DNA from: Betaproteobacteria bacterium
Lineage (GTDB): Bacteria > Pseudomonadota > Gammaproteobacteria > Burkholderiales > Burkholderiaceae_C
NCBI GenBank assembly: GCA_031411575.1
Contig: JANOBJ010000016.1
Location: 1 to 48,711, forward strand
Reading direction: 5' to 3'
Length of the DNA: 48,711 nt
In this document: positions 28,101 to 36,477 of the stretch, piece by piece
How the letters are laid out: the number at the start of each line of letters is the position of its first letter
Position numbering within the stretch: position 1 is the first letter of the stretch
Position numbers and translations under genes: made by a program
Notes under the pieces: model-generated
Databases searched by the model: none
The model's input: only the letters and a program-made list of their open reading frames with translations
What the model was told of the DNA's origin: nothing

Positions 28101-28265
28101 GGATGGTGCAAGTCATGCCACGCATCAGGAACCAATTTCCTGGGCAATATGGACAAGAAATCCCTGACCCACAGAACCAAAACGCCAGCTGCGATTGACT
28201 GTTCCGAGGCGGGTTGCCACCGTCCCCTGGGTAGCCGGGGGACCCCATACAGCAGGTGGAACTGA
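25191..28265 (+). CDS. 36-haem c-type cytochrome, Thr/Ala/Asn/Gly-rich, secreted (candidate cell-surface component)
   Basis: 36 CXXCH motifs plus one CX4CH ('CSEAGCH') by manual count. ATGA overlap with the upstream gene. Signal peptide '...VVCGAQAFAQ'. The portion of ORF 25008.. upstream of 25191 overlaps the previous gene. Confidence 0.9.
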   Translation: MNAGLSRSGFGALFAKWCVALLLVVCGAQAFAQAGARNFDHTKTGFALTGVHMNPRCESCHISGVFKGTPKDCASCHTSGFRQARGNMVMPAKHLPTTAACETCHNTRSFKEVKFSHVDVKPGTCATCHNGTTAIGKHAAHMPTQAACDTCHKSTSTWKSAKPDHSAFTATTNCASCHGSTATGKSANHIPVAASVSCLSCHTVTGWKPTKFNHTQVAVAGQCATCHSGAFPPADGRTANHIPYQSVNGVANAGCESCHKAGYTAWAPATFHGSFSVTGQCATCHTGNNPKAVGKHPTHVPTAAACETCHKTTGWKGAKPDHASFTAATNCATCHNGTNATGKTAVHIPVAANVNCFSCHSVAGWKPTKFNHTQVAVAGQCATCHSGAFPPADGKTANHIVYQNITGIGANASCESCHKAGYTAWAPAKFHASYTVTAQCATCHTGANPLAVGKPANHLPTTAACETCHKTTGWIGAKVDHSGFTTATNCTTCHNGTTATGKPVVHPVTTANCITCHTTVAWTGAKVDHTSFTAATNCASCHNGATATGKPVVHVPTTANCFSCHTVAGWKPTKFNHTQVTVTGQCSTCHSGAFPPADGRPTNHIPYQTLSGVAITNCDSCHKGGYAAWAPARFHSSVSVSNQCASCHTGNFPPAVGKPNTPIHAGVTNCESCHKTTGWAGAKVDHSTFTMATNCSSCHNGTTATGKRGNHIPTAVNCFSCHSTTGWIPTKFNHSQVVTANQCSTCHSGAFPPADGRPISHIPYQLLSGVAVTNCDTCHKGGFAAWTPARFHGSVSVSNQCHTCHMGTYSPGQRRPNNVTHSAITSGCESCHKSTASWLTVVFTHSPANAVGTGTCDTCHNGTSAKGKPATHIPVPAGVAKCDSCHRSQTSFATAVTMNHSVVTTATCKSCHNGSYTSQGTTGALAKPVNHIPEAQLLNGANMDCKACHTSTTSWGTMRMDHNASQGGGAGWCKSCHASGTNFLGNMDKKSLTHRTKTPAAIDCSEAGCHRPLGSRGTPYSRWN
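25800..27500 (+). repeat. Intragenic tandem modules of 471-615 bp (157-205 aa, ~6-7 CXXCH each)
   Basis: The anchor 'GCTGGAAGCCCACCAAGTTCAACCAC' (GCTGGATTCCCACC... in the fourth copy) is at 25807, 26281, 26896 and 27367. Positions 25807-25894 and 26281-26368 are identical over 88 nt. Confidence 0.85.
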
Positions 28266-28283
28266 TTGGCGAGGGCTTTCCTG

Positions 28284-28312
28284 CTTTGCCAATGGGGCAA
28301 TTGCTGGCAAAG
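28284..28312 (+). other. Intercistronic stem-loop CTTTGCCA-N13-TGGCAAAG
   Basis: Perfect 8-bp stem. The loop contains the palindrome GCAATTGC. Lies in the only sizeable gap (92 nt) of the cytochrome cluster. Confidence 0.4.
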
Positions 28313-28357
28313 TCCTGTCGGTGACAAAAATCAACAGTTCGTAAAATCTGCCACAAC

Positions 28358-30757
28358 ATGAAATTCCCCCTGCGCCTGCTGGCCGCGCCGATTGTTCTGG
28401 CTTCAGCCTGTCCGCTCGCATTCGCTCAGTTGATCGAAGACATCGAGATTCGGCGCGAGGGGTCCAATGCCATCGCCAGCGTTCGATTTGTAACGGCCAT
28501 CCAGTTTCAGCGCGTCACCACCTCCCGCGCCGGCGACCTGGGGCAGGCGTTCTATGACGTATTGCCCAGTCGCCAGACCCTGAGCCTCGTCAGCGGCCAG
28601 CGCCGCGTGCCGGGAGCTGGCTCGATTCCCGAAATCGAGGTGACCGACGAACCTGTTGGGAAAGCGAATCTGAGTCGCAAGCTCATTATTCGTTTCTCCG
28701 CACCCACACGTTTCCGCATCCGGGCGGGGCGTGGCAATCGCAGCATTGAAGTCGTGATGGAAGGGCTTGGCGATTCGGTGCGCCTCGCTGCCGTCACCGC
28801 CCCTGTCAGCGCCGCACCGCCCCAACAAAACTATATCGTTACCCTGCAGTCATCGGCGGACCCGGGACATAACCTACAAGGATCCGTTCCGGCCAGGTTG
28901 CAGCAGTACCAGACATTCACCTCCCGCAGGACGGTGGACGGCAAGACGCTGTACGACATCAATCTTGGCTATTTCGGTACGCTGGCTGACGCCGAAGAAG
29001 CACGCGAGATTCTGGTTTCGCGGTTTCCCCAAGCGACGATTGCCGCTCTGCAGGCCCCTGCCGGCACCGATTCCGGGCCAGGCAGCGCGCCGGCGGAAGT
29101 CGAAGCCAATGCCGCCAATTTGCTGGCGGTTGCACAGGCGGCCTCCGACCGCGGCGATTTTGCAGCATCGCTCGATCCCTTGAGCCAGTTGCTGAACCTT
29201 CCCCCCAATACGTCGTCGCGGCGGGCACAGGAACTGATTGGCTTGTCGCGCCTCAAGCTGGGCGACTCCGTGCGGGCCCGCGCCGAGTTTGAAGCGTTCC
29301 TGAATCTTTACCCCACAGGCGCGGACAGTGATCGGGTACGGGACGTCCTGGCGACGGTTCCAGCAGCCCCCCCAACTGCGGCGGCAGCGCCTCCGCCGCC
29401 GCCCGCCTCCAACTGGAGCGGGTCGGTCTCCACGTTCTTTTTTGGTGGGCAGTCCAAAGTGCGCAGCCAGGAATTTCTGGATTCACCGATCAGCGGACTG
29501 CCTGAACTGCAGGGCGAAAACACGATTTCGGGGACGGACCAGAAGCAGGTTCAGACCAACGTGGACCTCAACTGGCGCCGTCGCGACGCCGAAGCTGACC
29601 AGCGCTTCGTGTTTCGCGACTCCTACACCGCTGACCTGTTGCCCAACGGAAGAAACAGGAACCGCTTGTCGGCGCTGTACTACGACCACAAATCATTCAC
29701 CAATGGCACCAGCTTTCGCGTCGGGCGGCAGTCGCCGACTGGTGGCGGCGTGCTGTACCGGTTCGACGGGTTGCAGGCCGGGTACACGTTTCGCCCGAAG
29801 TGGAAGGCCAATGCCGTCTTTGGCGCGCCGACCGATGACTTGCTTCAAACGCGCAGGCGCCTGTATGGCGCGTGGATAGACGCCGAAGCTCTGACCAACG
29901 AAATCAGTGGGAGCCTTTACTTCAACCAGCAGACCATCGACAGCGAAGTGGACCGACGGGCCGTGGGGACCGAACTGCGCTATTTCAGTGGTGGCGTGTC
30001 GCTGTCAGCGCAGTTCGACTACGACGTGGTGCTCAAGGGTCTCAATATTGCTTCCCTGCAGGGTACCTGGCAATTGCCGGACACCACGGTTTTCAACTTC
30101 CTGTACGACCGGCGCACGACGCCGCTCCTTTCATTGGGGAACACCCTCTTTTTCCAGAACCCCGCGCTGGTGACACCGGCTCAACGCATCCAGGACTTGC
30201 TGACCACCTCGTCGATCTCGCAATTGCGGGAGCAAGTGAAGGGCATTACGGCATATCAGACGCAGGGTTTGGTGGGCGTGACAACACCGCTTGCGAAGAA
30301 CTGGCAAATCGGCGCCGATATCCGGCTGACCAATGTGGGCGAAGTCCGACCGGTGCCGATCATTTTGCCCAACGGGCAAGCGAGCACCGGAAACCAATGG
30401 AGCGTGGGCGGTCAACTCATTGGCACCAATCTGTACTCACAGCGTGATACCCATGTTCTCAGCGCAACATTGCTTAAATCGCCTACTTACAGCGGCTATT
30501 TGCTCTCCTATAACAACCTGACGACGATTGGCGAAGGTTGGCAAATCGAGCCATCGCTCAGGTTCTCCCATCAGAACGAAAATACCGGTGCCCGAACGGT
30601 TCGCTGGGCGCCGGGCTTGCGGGTAACGTACAAACTCATGCAGCAGGTATCGCTGGAGTCTGAACTGTCCTACGAGCGATCCAAGAGAACCTCTCCCGTG
30701 CTAAATGAAACCTCCGACCGGCTTTTTTACTACCTCGGTGCCCGCTACGACTTCTGA
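28358..30757 (+). CDS. Outer-membrane beta-barrel protein with N-terminal periplasmic domains (AMIN-like, SPOR-like, TPR-like)
   Basis: Signal peptide 'MKFPLRLLAAPIVLASACPLAFAQ'. SPOR-like 'YIVTLQSSADPG...TLYDINLGYFGTLADAEEAREIL'. TPR-like 'GDSVRARAEFEAFLNLYP'. Pro/Ala linker. ~450-aa C-terminal region with alternating hydrophobicity that ends 'YYLGARYDF'. Confidence 0.7.
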   Translation: MKFPLRLLAAPIVLASACPLAFAQLIEDIEIRREGSNAIASVRFVTAIQFQRVTTSRAGDLGQAFYDVLPSRQTLSLVSGQRRVPGAGSIPEIEVTDEPVGKANLSRKLIIRFSAPTRFRIRAGRGNRSIEVVMEGLGDSVRLAAVTAPVSAAPPQQNYIVTLQSSADPGHNLQGSVPARLQQYQTFTSRRTVDGKTLYDINLGYFGTLADAEEAREILVSRFPQATIAALQAPAGTDSGPGSAPAEVEANAANLLAVAQAASDRGDFAASLDPLSQLLNLPPNTSSRRAQELIGLSRLKLGDSVRARAEFEAFLNLYPTGADSDRVRDVLATVPAAPPTAAAAPPPPPASNWSGSVSTFFFGGQSKVRSQEFLDSPISGLPELQGENTISGTDQKQVQTNVDLNWRRRDAEADQRFVFRDSYTADLLPNGRNRNRLSALYYDHKSFTNGTSFRVGRQSPTGGGVLYRFDGLQAGYTFRPKWKANAVFGAPTDDLLQTRRRLYGAWIDAEALTNEISGSLYFNQQTIDSEVDRRAVGTELRYFSGGVSLSAQFDYDVVLKGLNIASLQGTWQLPDTTVFNFLYDRRTTPLLSLGNTLFFQNPALVTPAQRIQDLLTTSSISQLREQVKGITAYQTQGLVGVTTPLAKNWQIGADIRLTNVGEVRPVPIILPNGQASTGNQWSVGGQLIGTNLYSQRDTHVLSATLLKSPTYSGYLLSYNNLTTIGEGWQIEPSLRFSHQNENTGARTVRWAPGLRVTYKLMQQVSLESELSYERSKRTSPVLNETSDRLFYYLGARYDF

Positions 30758-30767
30758 TGCACGCGCA

Positions 30768-31400
30768 ATGCCAACGCTGAAGGTTTCCGGGCTGGCCTGC
30801 CGCCGTGGAAATGAATGGCTGTTTCGGGGGCTGGATTTTGCGATCTACCCGGGGCAGATGGTGTGGCTGCGAGGCCATAATGGCAGCGGGAAAACGACGC
30901 TGCTTCGTGTGGTGTCAGGACTGACTCAGGCCGATGAAGGCGAACTCGTGTGGAACCCAAAGCACGCGGAGACTAGTGCGGGTGTCGGCAAGCTGGTTTA
31001 TATCGGCCATCTGAATGCCATGAAAGACGATCTGACCGTGTGCGAATCATTGCAGTTTGTTGCGCGCCTGCACAGCAGGGACGGTAGCGAGGTGGCTGCC
31101 TTGACCGCCTTGAGGCAGTTGGGCATGCACCATCGCCGCCATGCAGCGGTACGCACGCTGTCCCAGGGCCAGCGACGGCGTGCCGCACTGGCCAGGCTGG
31201 CGCTCGAACGCAGCCCGTCTTTGTGGGTGCTGGATGAACCCTACGATGCACTGGACACGGCTGGCATTCAGACGGTCAACGCGCTGCTTGTCAAGCATCT
31301 TGAAATTGGCGGAAGTGTGCTGTTGACCTCGCACCTGGCGCTGGGTACGGATGCACCGGCAACCCGGGAACTGTTGCTGGACAAAGGTATCGTTGCATGA
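30768..31400 (+). CDS. ccmA: Cytochrome c biogenesis ATP-binding export protein
   Basis: Walker A 'GHNGSGKTTLLR', signature 'LSQGQRRR', Walker B 'LWVLDEP'. Starts 10 nt after the barrel gene stop. Confidence 0.9.
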   Translation: MPTLKVSGLACRRGNEWLFRGLDFAIYPGQMVWLRGHNGSGKTTLLRVVSGLTQADEGELVWNPKHAETSAGVGKLVYIGHLNAMKDDLTVCESLQFVARLHSRDGSEVAALTALRQLGMHHRRHAAVRTLSQGQRRRAALARLALERSPSLWVLDEPYDALDTAGIQTVNALLVKHLEIGGSVLLTSHLALGTDAPATRELLLDKGIVA

Positions 31401-32068
31401 CCGTCAGCGTACTGATGACGGTCGCTGGCCGCGACCTGCGACTGGCTGGGCGGCGCAGAATAGAAGCTTTGTTGCCGGTGGCGTTTTTTGTGGTGGCAGC
31501 GAGTCTGTTTCCGCTGGGTGTTGGGCCGGAGCCCCAGATGCTGCGACAGATTGCCTCAGGGGTTGTATGGGTATGCGCACTTCTGGCCGCGATGTTGTCG
31601 TTGAATACCCTTTACTCGGGGGATTTTGCTGACGGATCGCTTGAGCAAATGCTGTTGTCAAGCCAATCCGTTGTTCTGATCGCGGCCGGAAAAGCACTCG
31701 CCCATTGGGTGCTTACGGGTGTCCCGTTGATTTTGGTGACGCCATTGTTGGGTATCTTTTTTGGTATGAGTTCTGAATCCATCGCCGTTCTTGCACTGAC
31801 CTTGCTGCTGGGAACCCCTGTCCTGAGCTTGCTGGGGAGTGTTGGCGCAGCGCTGACCCTCGGACTTCGGAGCGGTGGTGTGCTGATTCTTCTTCTGGTT
31901 CTGCCACTGTGCATCCCCGTGTTGATCTTTGGTGCGGGGGCCGTGTCGGCAGTAGACGCCGGTGTGTCGCCTCGTGGTCACCTGTCCCTTTTGGCCGCAT
32001 TGCTGCTGCTGGCGGGGTTGGGTGCGCCGCCTGCAACGGCCGCGGCATTGCGAATCTCTTCGGCCTGA
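31397..32068 (+). CDS. ccmB: Haem exporter protein B
   Basis: ATGA overlap with ccmA, six hydrophobic segments, 'FADGSLEQMLLS' CcmB motif. Confidence 0.9.
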   Translation: MTVSVLMTVAGRDLRLAGRRRIEALLPVAFFVVAASLFPLGVGPEPQMLRQIASGVVWVCALLAAMLSLNTLYSGDFADGSLEQMLLSSQSVVLIAAGKALAHWVLTGVPLILVTPLLGIFFGMSSESIAVLALTLLLGTPVLSLLGSVGAALTLGLRSGGVLILLLVLPLCIPVLIFGAGAVSAVDAGVSPRGHLSLLAALLLLAGLGAPPATAAALRISSA

Positions 32069-32092
32069 ACCACCGGCTGCGCGACCAAAACC

Positions 32093-32854
32093 ATGGCAAC
32101 GTCACTTCGCTTCTTTACGTTTGCAGCGCCTTCGCGCTTTTATGCGCTCGCGGGCGCGCTTCTTCCCTGGCTGTGGGCCCTGACAGCGGCATTGACACTT
32201 GCCGGGCTGTACATCGGCTTTTTTGTGGCGCCGACGGATGCCACACAAGGCGATGCCTACCGGATCATCTTTATTCATGTCCCGGCGGCCTGGATGTCCA
32301 TGCTGCTGTATCTGGTGATGGCGGGCTGGGCCGTGATTGGCTGGGCGTTTAATGCCCGCCTGGCGTCCATGGTCGCCCGGGCGATTGCGCCAACGGGTGC
32401 GATGTTCACCTTCATCGCGCTGTGGACGGGCGCCTTGTGGGGAAAACCCACTTGGGGCACGTGGTGGGTGTGGGATGCGCGGCTCACGTCGGAACTTATC
32501 CTCCTGTTCCTGTATCTCGGATATATCGCGTTGGTTGAGTCGATTGATGAACAGCGCCGCGCAGACAGTGCCGGAGCGTTGCTCGCATTGATCGGTGTCA
32601 TCAATATTCCGATCATCTATTTCTCCGTCAAATGGTGGAATACGCTGCATCAGGGTGCCACCATCAGTGCGACGGCAGCGCCCAAGATGGCGAGCACGAT
32701 GCTGACGGCGATGTTGTTGATGACAGCAGCGTGTTGGGCGTACTCGTTCGCGGTTGTTTTCATGCGGGCGCGTGCCATAGTCATGGAGCGTGAACGTCAC
32801 GCGGATTGGGCTTCGGAGTTGACGCAGCAGCAAGCGGTGAGGGCACGGGCATGA
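32093..32854 (+). CDS. ccmC: Haem exporter protein C
   Basis: WWD motif 'WGKPTWGTWWVWDARLT'. Confidence 0.93.
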   Translation: MATSLRFFTFAAPSRFYALAGALLPWLWALTAALTLAGLYIGFFVAPTDATQGDAYRIIFIHVPAAWMSMLLYLVMAGWAVIGWAFNARLASMVARAIAPTGAMFTFIALWTGALWGKPTWGTWWVWDARLTSELILLFLYLGYIALVESIDEQRRADSAGALLALIGVINIPIIYFSVKWWNTLHQGATISATAAPKMASTMLTAMLLMTAACWAYSFAVVFMRARAIVMERERHADWASELTQQQAVRARA

Positions 32855-33021
32855 ACTGGGGTAGCGCGAGTGAGTTTTTTGCAATGGGCGGGTATGGTCT
32901 CTACGTGTGGGGTTCGTATGCGGTGGCAGGGCTCGTGCTGGCAATCGAACCGCTCTTGGCGTTTCGCAGGCACAACCGTGCACTACGCGACATCCGCTCA
33001 ATCGACGAACAGGAGCATTGA
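32851..33021 (+). CDS. ccmD: Haem exporter protein D
   Basis: 56-aa single-TM protein ('YGLYVWGSYAVAGLVLAIE'). ATGA overlap with ccmC. Start set at the internal ATG at 32851. Confidence 0.8.
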   Translation: MNWGSASEFFAMGGYGLYVWGSYAVAGLVLAIEPLLAFRRHNRALRDIRSIDEQEH

Positions 33022-33483
33022 ATGAAACCTCGACACAAACGTCTGGCGATCGCTGGCGCGGTACTTGCCGTCGTGGGCGTTGCAGTGGCATTGGTACTCA
33101 ATGCCTTCAACAGCAATCTTGTATTCTTTTACTCGCCGTCGCAGATCGCCGCCAAGGAAGCGCCAACCGGGCGCACCTTTCGCCTGGGCGGCCTTGTCGA
33201 GGCCGGCAGTGTCAAGCGTGATGGCGTGCAGGTCAGTTTCGTCGTGACCGACACCGCCAAAACCGTCCCGGTGCGGTACCAGGGCATCCTTCCTGATCTG
33301 TTCAAGGAGGGCAAAGGTGTGGTGGCCCAGGGCCAACTGCGCAATGGGGTGTTTGAAGCCCGCGAGGTGCTCGCCAAACACGACGAAAACTACATGCCAC
33401 CAGAAGCGGCGGAAGCCTTGAAGCGCGCGGGCGCCGTCAACGGCAAGGTGGCTGAGTCAGTGGTAACGGAGCAAAAGCGATGA
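33022..33483 (+). CDS. ccmE: Cytochrome c-type biogenesis haem chaperone
   Basis: N-terminal TM anchor and '[12 protein letters not shown]' haem-binding His-x3-Tyr. Confidence 0.93.
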   Translation: MKPRHKRLAIAGAVLAVVGVAVALVLNAFNSNLVFFYSPSQIAAKEAPTGRTFRLGGLVEAGSVKRDGVQVSFVVTDTAKTVPVRYQGILPDLFKEGKGVVAQGQLRNGVFEAREVLAKHDENYMPPEAAEALKRAGAVNGKVAESVVTEQKR

Positions 33484-35468
33484 TTCCTGAGATTGGGCAC
33501 TTCCTGCTCTGGCTGGCACTGGGGGTATCACTGGTTCTGGGCACATTGCCGATGGCGGGCGCGGCGCGCCGCAATACGGAGTGGATGTTGCTGGCCCGGC
33601 CGGCGGCCTACACGCTGTTCGTGCTGATAGGCCTGGCCTTTCTTTGCCTGGTGGTGTCTTTCGTGCGGCACGATTTTTCCGTGATGAACGTCGCATCCAA
33701 TTCGAATTCCGCACTGCCGCTGCCCTATCGCATCGCGGCGAGTTGGGGTAGCCACGAAGGGTCATTGTTGTTGTGGGCCCTGATGCTGAGCGGATGGACG
33801 TTTGCCGTGGCGCGCTTCAGCGCCCATTTGCCGCTGCCCGTGCTGGCACGAACACTGGCGGTGATGGGATTGATCAGCGTTGGCTTCCTGCTGTTCATGC
33901 TGCTGACGTCAAACCCGTTTGACCGCCTGTTCCCGGCACCTGCGGACGGGCGCGATCTGAACCCCCTGCTGCAGGACCCGGGCATGGTGTTCCACCCCCC
34001 GTTGCTGTACATGGGCTATGTCGGGTTCTCTGTGGCGTTTGCATTTGCCATTTCAGCATTGATTGGCGGCAATCTCGATTCGACTTGGGCGCGCTGGACG
34101 AGGCCTTGGACAACCGTGGCGTGGATGTTCCTGACTGTCGGCATCGCGCTTGGAAGCTGGTGGGCCTACTACGAACTGGGCTGGGGCGGATGGTGGTTCT
34201 GGGATCCGGTCGAGAACGCGTCATTCATGCCCTGGCTGATCGGGACCGCCCTGATTCATTCCCTTGCCGTGACCGAAAAGCGGGGCAGCTTCAAATCCTG
34301 GACGGTCCTGCTGGCGATCGTGGCGTTCTCGTTGTCATTGCTCGGTACATTTCTGGTCCGCTCCGGTGTGTTGTCGTCCGTGCATGCGTTTGCGACCGAC
34401 CCGAAGCGCGGCCTCTTCATCCTGGCATTCCTGACCATCGCCGTGGGTGCTTCGCTGGCGCTTTACGCGTGGCGTGCGCCCAAAGTGGGGCTGGGCGCCA
34501 GGTTTTCACTGGTGTCTCGCGAAACGGCTCTCCTCGGGAACAACGTGATGCTGGTGGTGGCCGCTGCGGCGGTTTTGCTGGGTACGCTCTACCCCTTGCT
34601 GCTGGACGCATTGGGCATGGGCAAGATCTCGGTGGGTCCGCCGTATTTTGATTCCGTGTTCATGCCGCTGATGGCGCCAGCGCTGTTCTTGATGGGTATC
34701 GGCCCTATCACCCGTTGGCGGGAGGCCGAGTTGCCCGACATTGCGCGCCGATTGCGTTGGGCGATGGCTGTGGCCATCATCGCCGCGCTGGCCACTGGCT
34801 GGATAGCCGGCCGCATTTCCGTGGTGGCGACCATCGGGCTTGTCATGGCGTTCTGGGTGATGGCGTCGGTGGCCACTGATTTCTGGGACAAGGTGCACAC
34901 GCCTGGCGGCGGCTTGACCGGTGTGCCCCGCAAAATCCGCCAATTGCCGCGTGCAACCGTGGGCATGATGGTGGCGCATCTGGGCGTCGCGGCTTTTTGC
35001 TTTGGCGTCACGATGGTCAAAACGTACGAAGTCGAGCGTGACGTACAGATGGAAATCGGCGACAGCACGACAGTCAATGGCTACACCTTCACCTTCAGGG
35101 GCGCGCGCGAGGTAGCAGGGCCCAACTACGCGGCCATGCGCGGGCTCGTGGAAGTCACGCGTGACGGGAAGAAAATTACGGACATGCGGCCGGAAAAGCG
35201 CGTCTACCGCGTCCAGCAAAACCCGATGACGGAAGCCGCCATTTACCCCCGTGTGACCGGCGATCTCTACGTGTCCCTGGGGGAGCCCACTGAGCGCGGT
35301 GCGTGGATCGTCCGCGTTTATGTCAAGCCGTTCATTGACTGGATCTGGGGTGGCTGCCTGATCATGGCGCTGGGTGGTTTGCTGGCTGCCACAGACCGGC
35401 GATATCGCTCCAAGGTCAGGAAGGATCAGCCTGAGGCGTCCACCGGTACTGCGGGCGCTGCGGTATGA
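33480..35468 (+). CDS. ccmF: Cytochrome c haem lyase subunit
   Basis: 662-aa polytopic protein with WWD motif '[14 protein letters not shown]'. Confidence 0.95.
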   Translation: MIPEIGHFLLWLALGVSLVLGTLPMAGAARRNTEWMLLARPAAYTLFVLIGLAFLCLVVSFVRHDFSVMNVASNSNSALPLPYRIAASWGSHEGSLLLWALMLSGWTFAVARFSAHLPLPVLARTLAVMGLISVGFLLFMLLTSNPFDRLFPAPADGRDLNPLLQDPGMVFHPPLLYMGYVGFSVAFAFAISALIGGNLDSTWARWTRPWTTVAWMFLTVGIALGSWWAYYELGWGGWWFWDPVENASFMPWLIGTALIHSLAVTEKRGSFKSWTVLLAIVAFSLSLLGTFLVRSGVLSSVHAFATDPKRGLFILAFLTIAVGASLALYAWRAPKVGLGARFSLVSRETALLGNNVMLVVAAAAVLLGTLYPLLLDALGMGKISVGPPYFDSVFMPLMAPALFLMGIGPITRWREAELPDIARRLRWAMAVAIIAALATGWIAGRISVVATIGLVMAFWVMASVATDFWDKVHTPGGGLTGVPRKIRQLPRATVGMMVAHLGVAAFCFGVTMVKTYEVERDVQMEIGDSTTVNGYTFTFRGAREVAGPNYAAMRGLVEVTRDGKKITDMRPEKRVYRVQQNPMTEAAIYPRVTGDLYVSLGEPTERGAWIVRVYVKPFIDWIWGGCLIMALGGLLAATDRRYRSKVRKDQPEASTGTAGAAV

Positions 35469-35995
35469 AACAACTCAAGTTTCTGGTTCCGCTGGCCTTC
35501 TTCTTCGGCCTGGTCGCCTTTCTTGCGGCAGGACTGAAGCTGGATCCCAAGGAGGTGCCGTCACCGCTGATCAACAAGCCCGCGCCGTCATTCGCACTGA
35601 CCCGCCTGGACGACGCTGCGCAGACGATACGCAGGGAGGATCTGCTGGGTAAAGTCTGGATGCTCAACGTGTGGGCGTCCTGGTGCGTGGCGTGCCGCGA
35701 AGAGCATCCGCTACTGGTTGAGTTCTCGGCGAAAAAACTGGTCCCGATCTACGGCCTCAACTACAAGGACGAGCGCGGTGCCGGTAGCCAATGGCTGTCG
35801 CGTTTTGGCAATCCGTACCAGGCGTCGTTGTTTGATCAGGATGGGCGTGTGGGCATCGACTGGGGTGTCTACGGGGTACCCGAGACGTTCGTTGTGGACC
35901 GCGCGGGCATGATCCGCTTCAAGCACATCGGTCCGCTCACACCCGAAGTGATCCGCACGCAGGTTGAACCGCTGGTGAGGCAGCTCAATGGCTAA
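35465..35995 (+). CDS. ccmG: Thiol:disulfide interchange protein DsbE/CcmG
   Basis: 'WASWCVACREEHP' thioredoxin CxxC and 'GVYGVPETF'. Confidence 0.93.
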   Translation: MKQLKFLVPLAFFFGLVAFLAAGLKLDPKEVPSPLINKPAPSFALTRLDDAAQTIRREDLLGKVWMLNVWASWCVACREEHPLLVEFSAKKLVPIYGLNYKDERGAGSQWLSRFGNPYQASLFDQDGRVGIDWGVYGVPETFVVDRAGMIRFKHIGPLTPEVIRTQVEPLVRQLNG

Positions 35996-36446
35996 GTGGC
36001 TCATCCTGATCATGCTGGCCTTCGGGGCGTGCTTGCTGCAGGCCAAGGAGGCTGCGCCTGCGTCCGAAGACCCGGTGCTGGAAGCCCGCATGGTGAAGAT
36101 TGCGGCAGAGCTGCGTTGCCTGGTCTGCCAGAACCAGACGATTGCCGACTCGCACGCCGGGCTGGCCGTTGATTTGCGCAACCAGGTGCGCGAAATGCTG
36201 CGCCGGGGCGAAACCGACCGGCAGATCATCGACTACATGACGGCACGCTACGGTGATTTTGTGCTGTATCGGCCTCCTCTGAAAAACACCACGGCCCTGC
36301 TTTGGTTTGGGCCGGGCGTGCTGCTGGTCGGGGGATTGGTAACCTTGTTCTTCGTGCTGCGTAGACGCAGCCGGATGGACCCGGAACTCTTCGAGGCGGA
36401 TGAACCGGAGGTGAACGATGACATCCGCCCCACTACGGCCAAATAG
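35988..36446 (+). CDS. ccmH: Cytochrome c-type biogenesis protein CcmH
   Basis: 'LRCLVCQNQTIADS' LRCxxC motif, signal peptide, C-terminal TM. Confidence 0.92.
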   Translation: MAKWLILIMLAFGACLLQAKEAAPASEDPVLEARMVKIAAELRCLVCQNQTIADSHAGLAVDLRNQVREMLRRGETDRQIIDYMTARYGDFVLYRPPLKNTTALLWFGPGVLLVGGLVTLFFVLRRRSRMDPELFEADEPEVNDDIRPTTAK

Positions 36447-36477
36447 ACAGCCAAATACACGGCCATACTGAATCACT

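Noticed and set aside
28193-28213. A 37th haem site, 'CSEAGCH' (CX4CH), near the C-terminus of the 36-haem protein.
   Set aside because: CX3-4CH sites do exist in some multihaem cytochromes, but a single non-repeated occurrence cannot be validated from sequence. It is counted separately and not included in the 36.
23245-28265. Regular periodic repeats that could be mistaken for a CRISPR-like or satellite array.
   Set aside because: The periodicity is coding, made of CXXCH-containing protein modules in one long ORF. The units are 190-615 bp, and there is no pattern of short identical repeats alternating with unique spacers.
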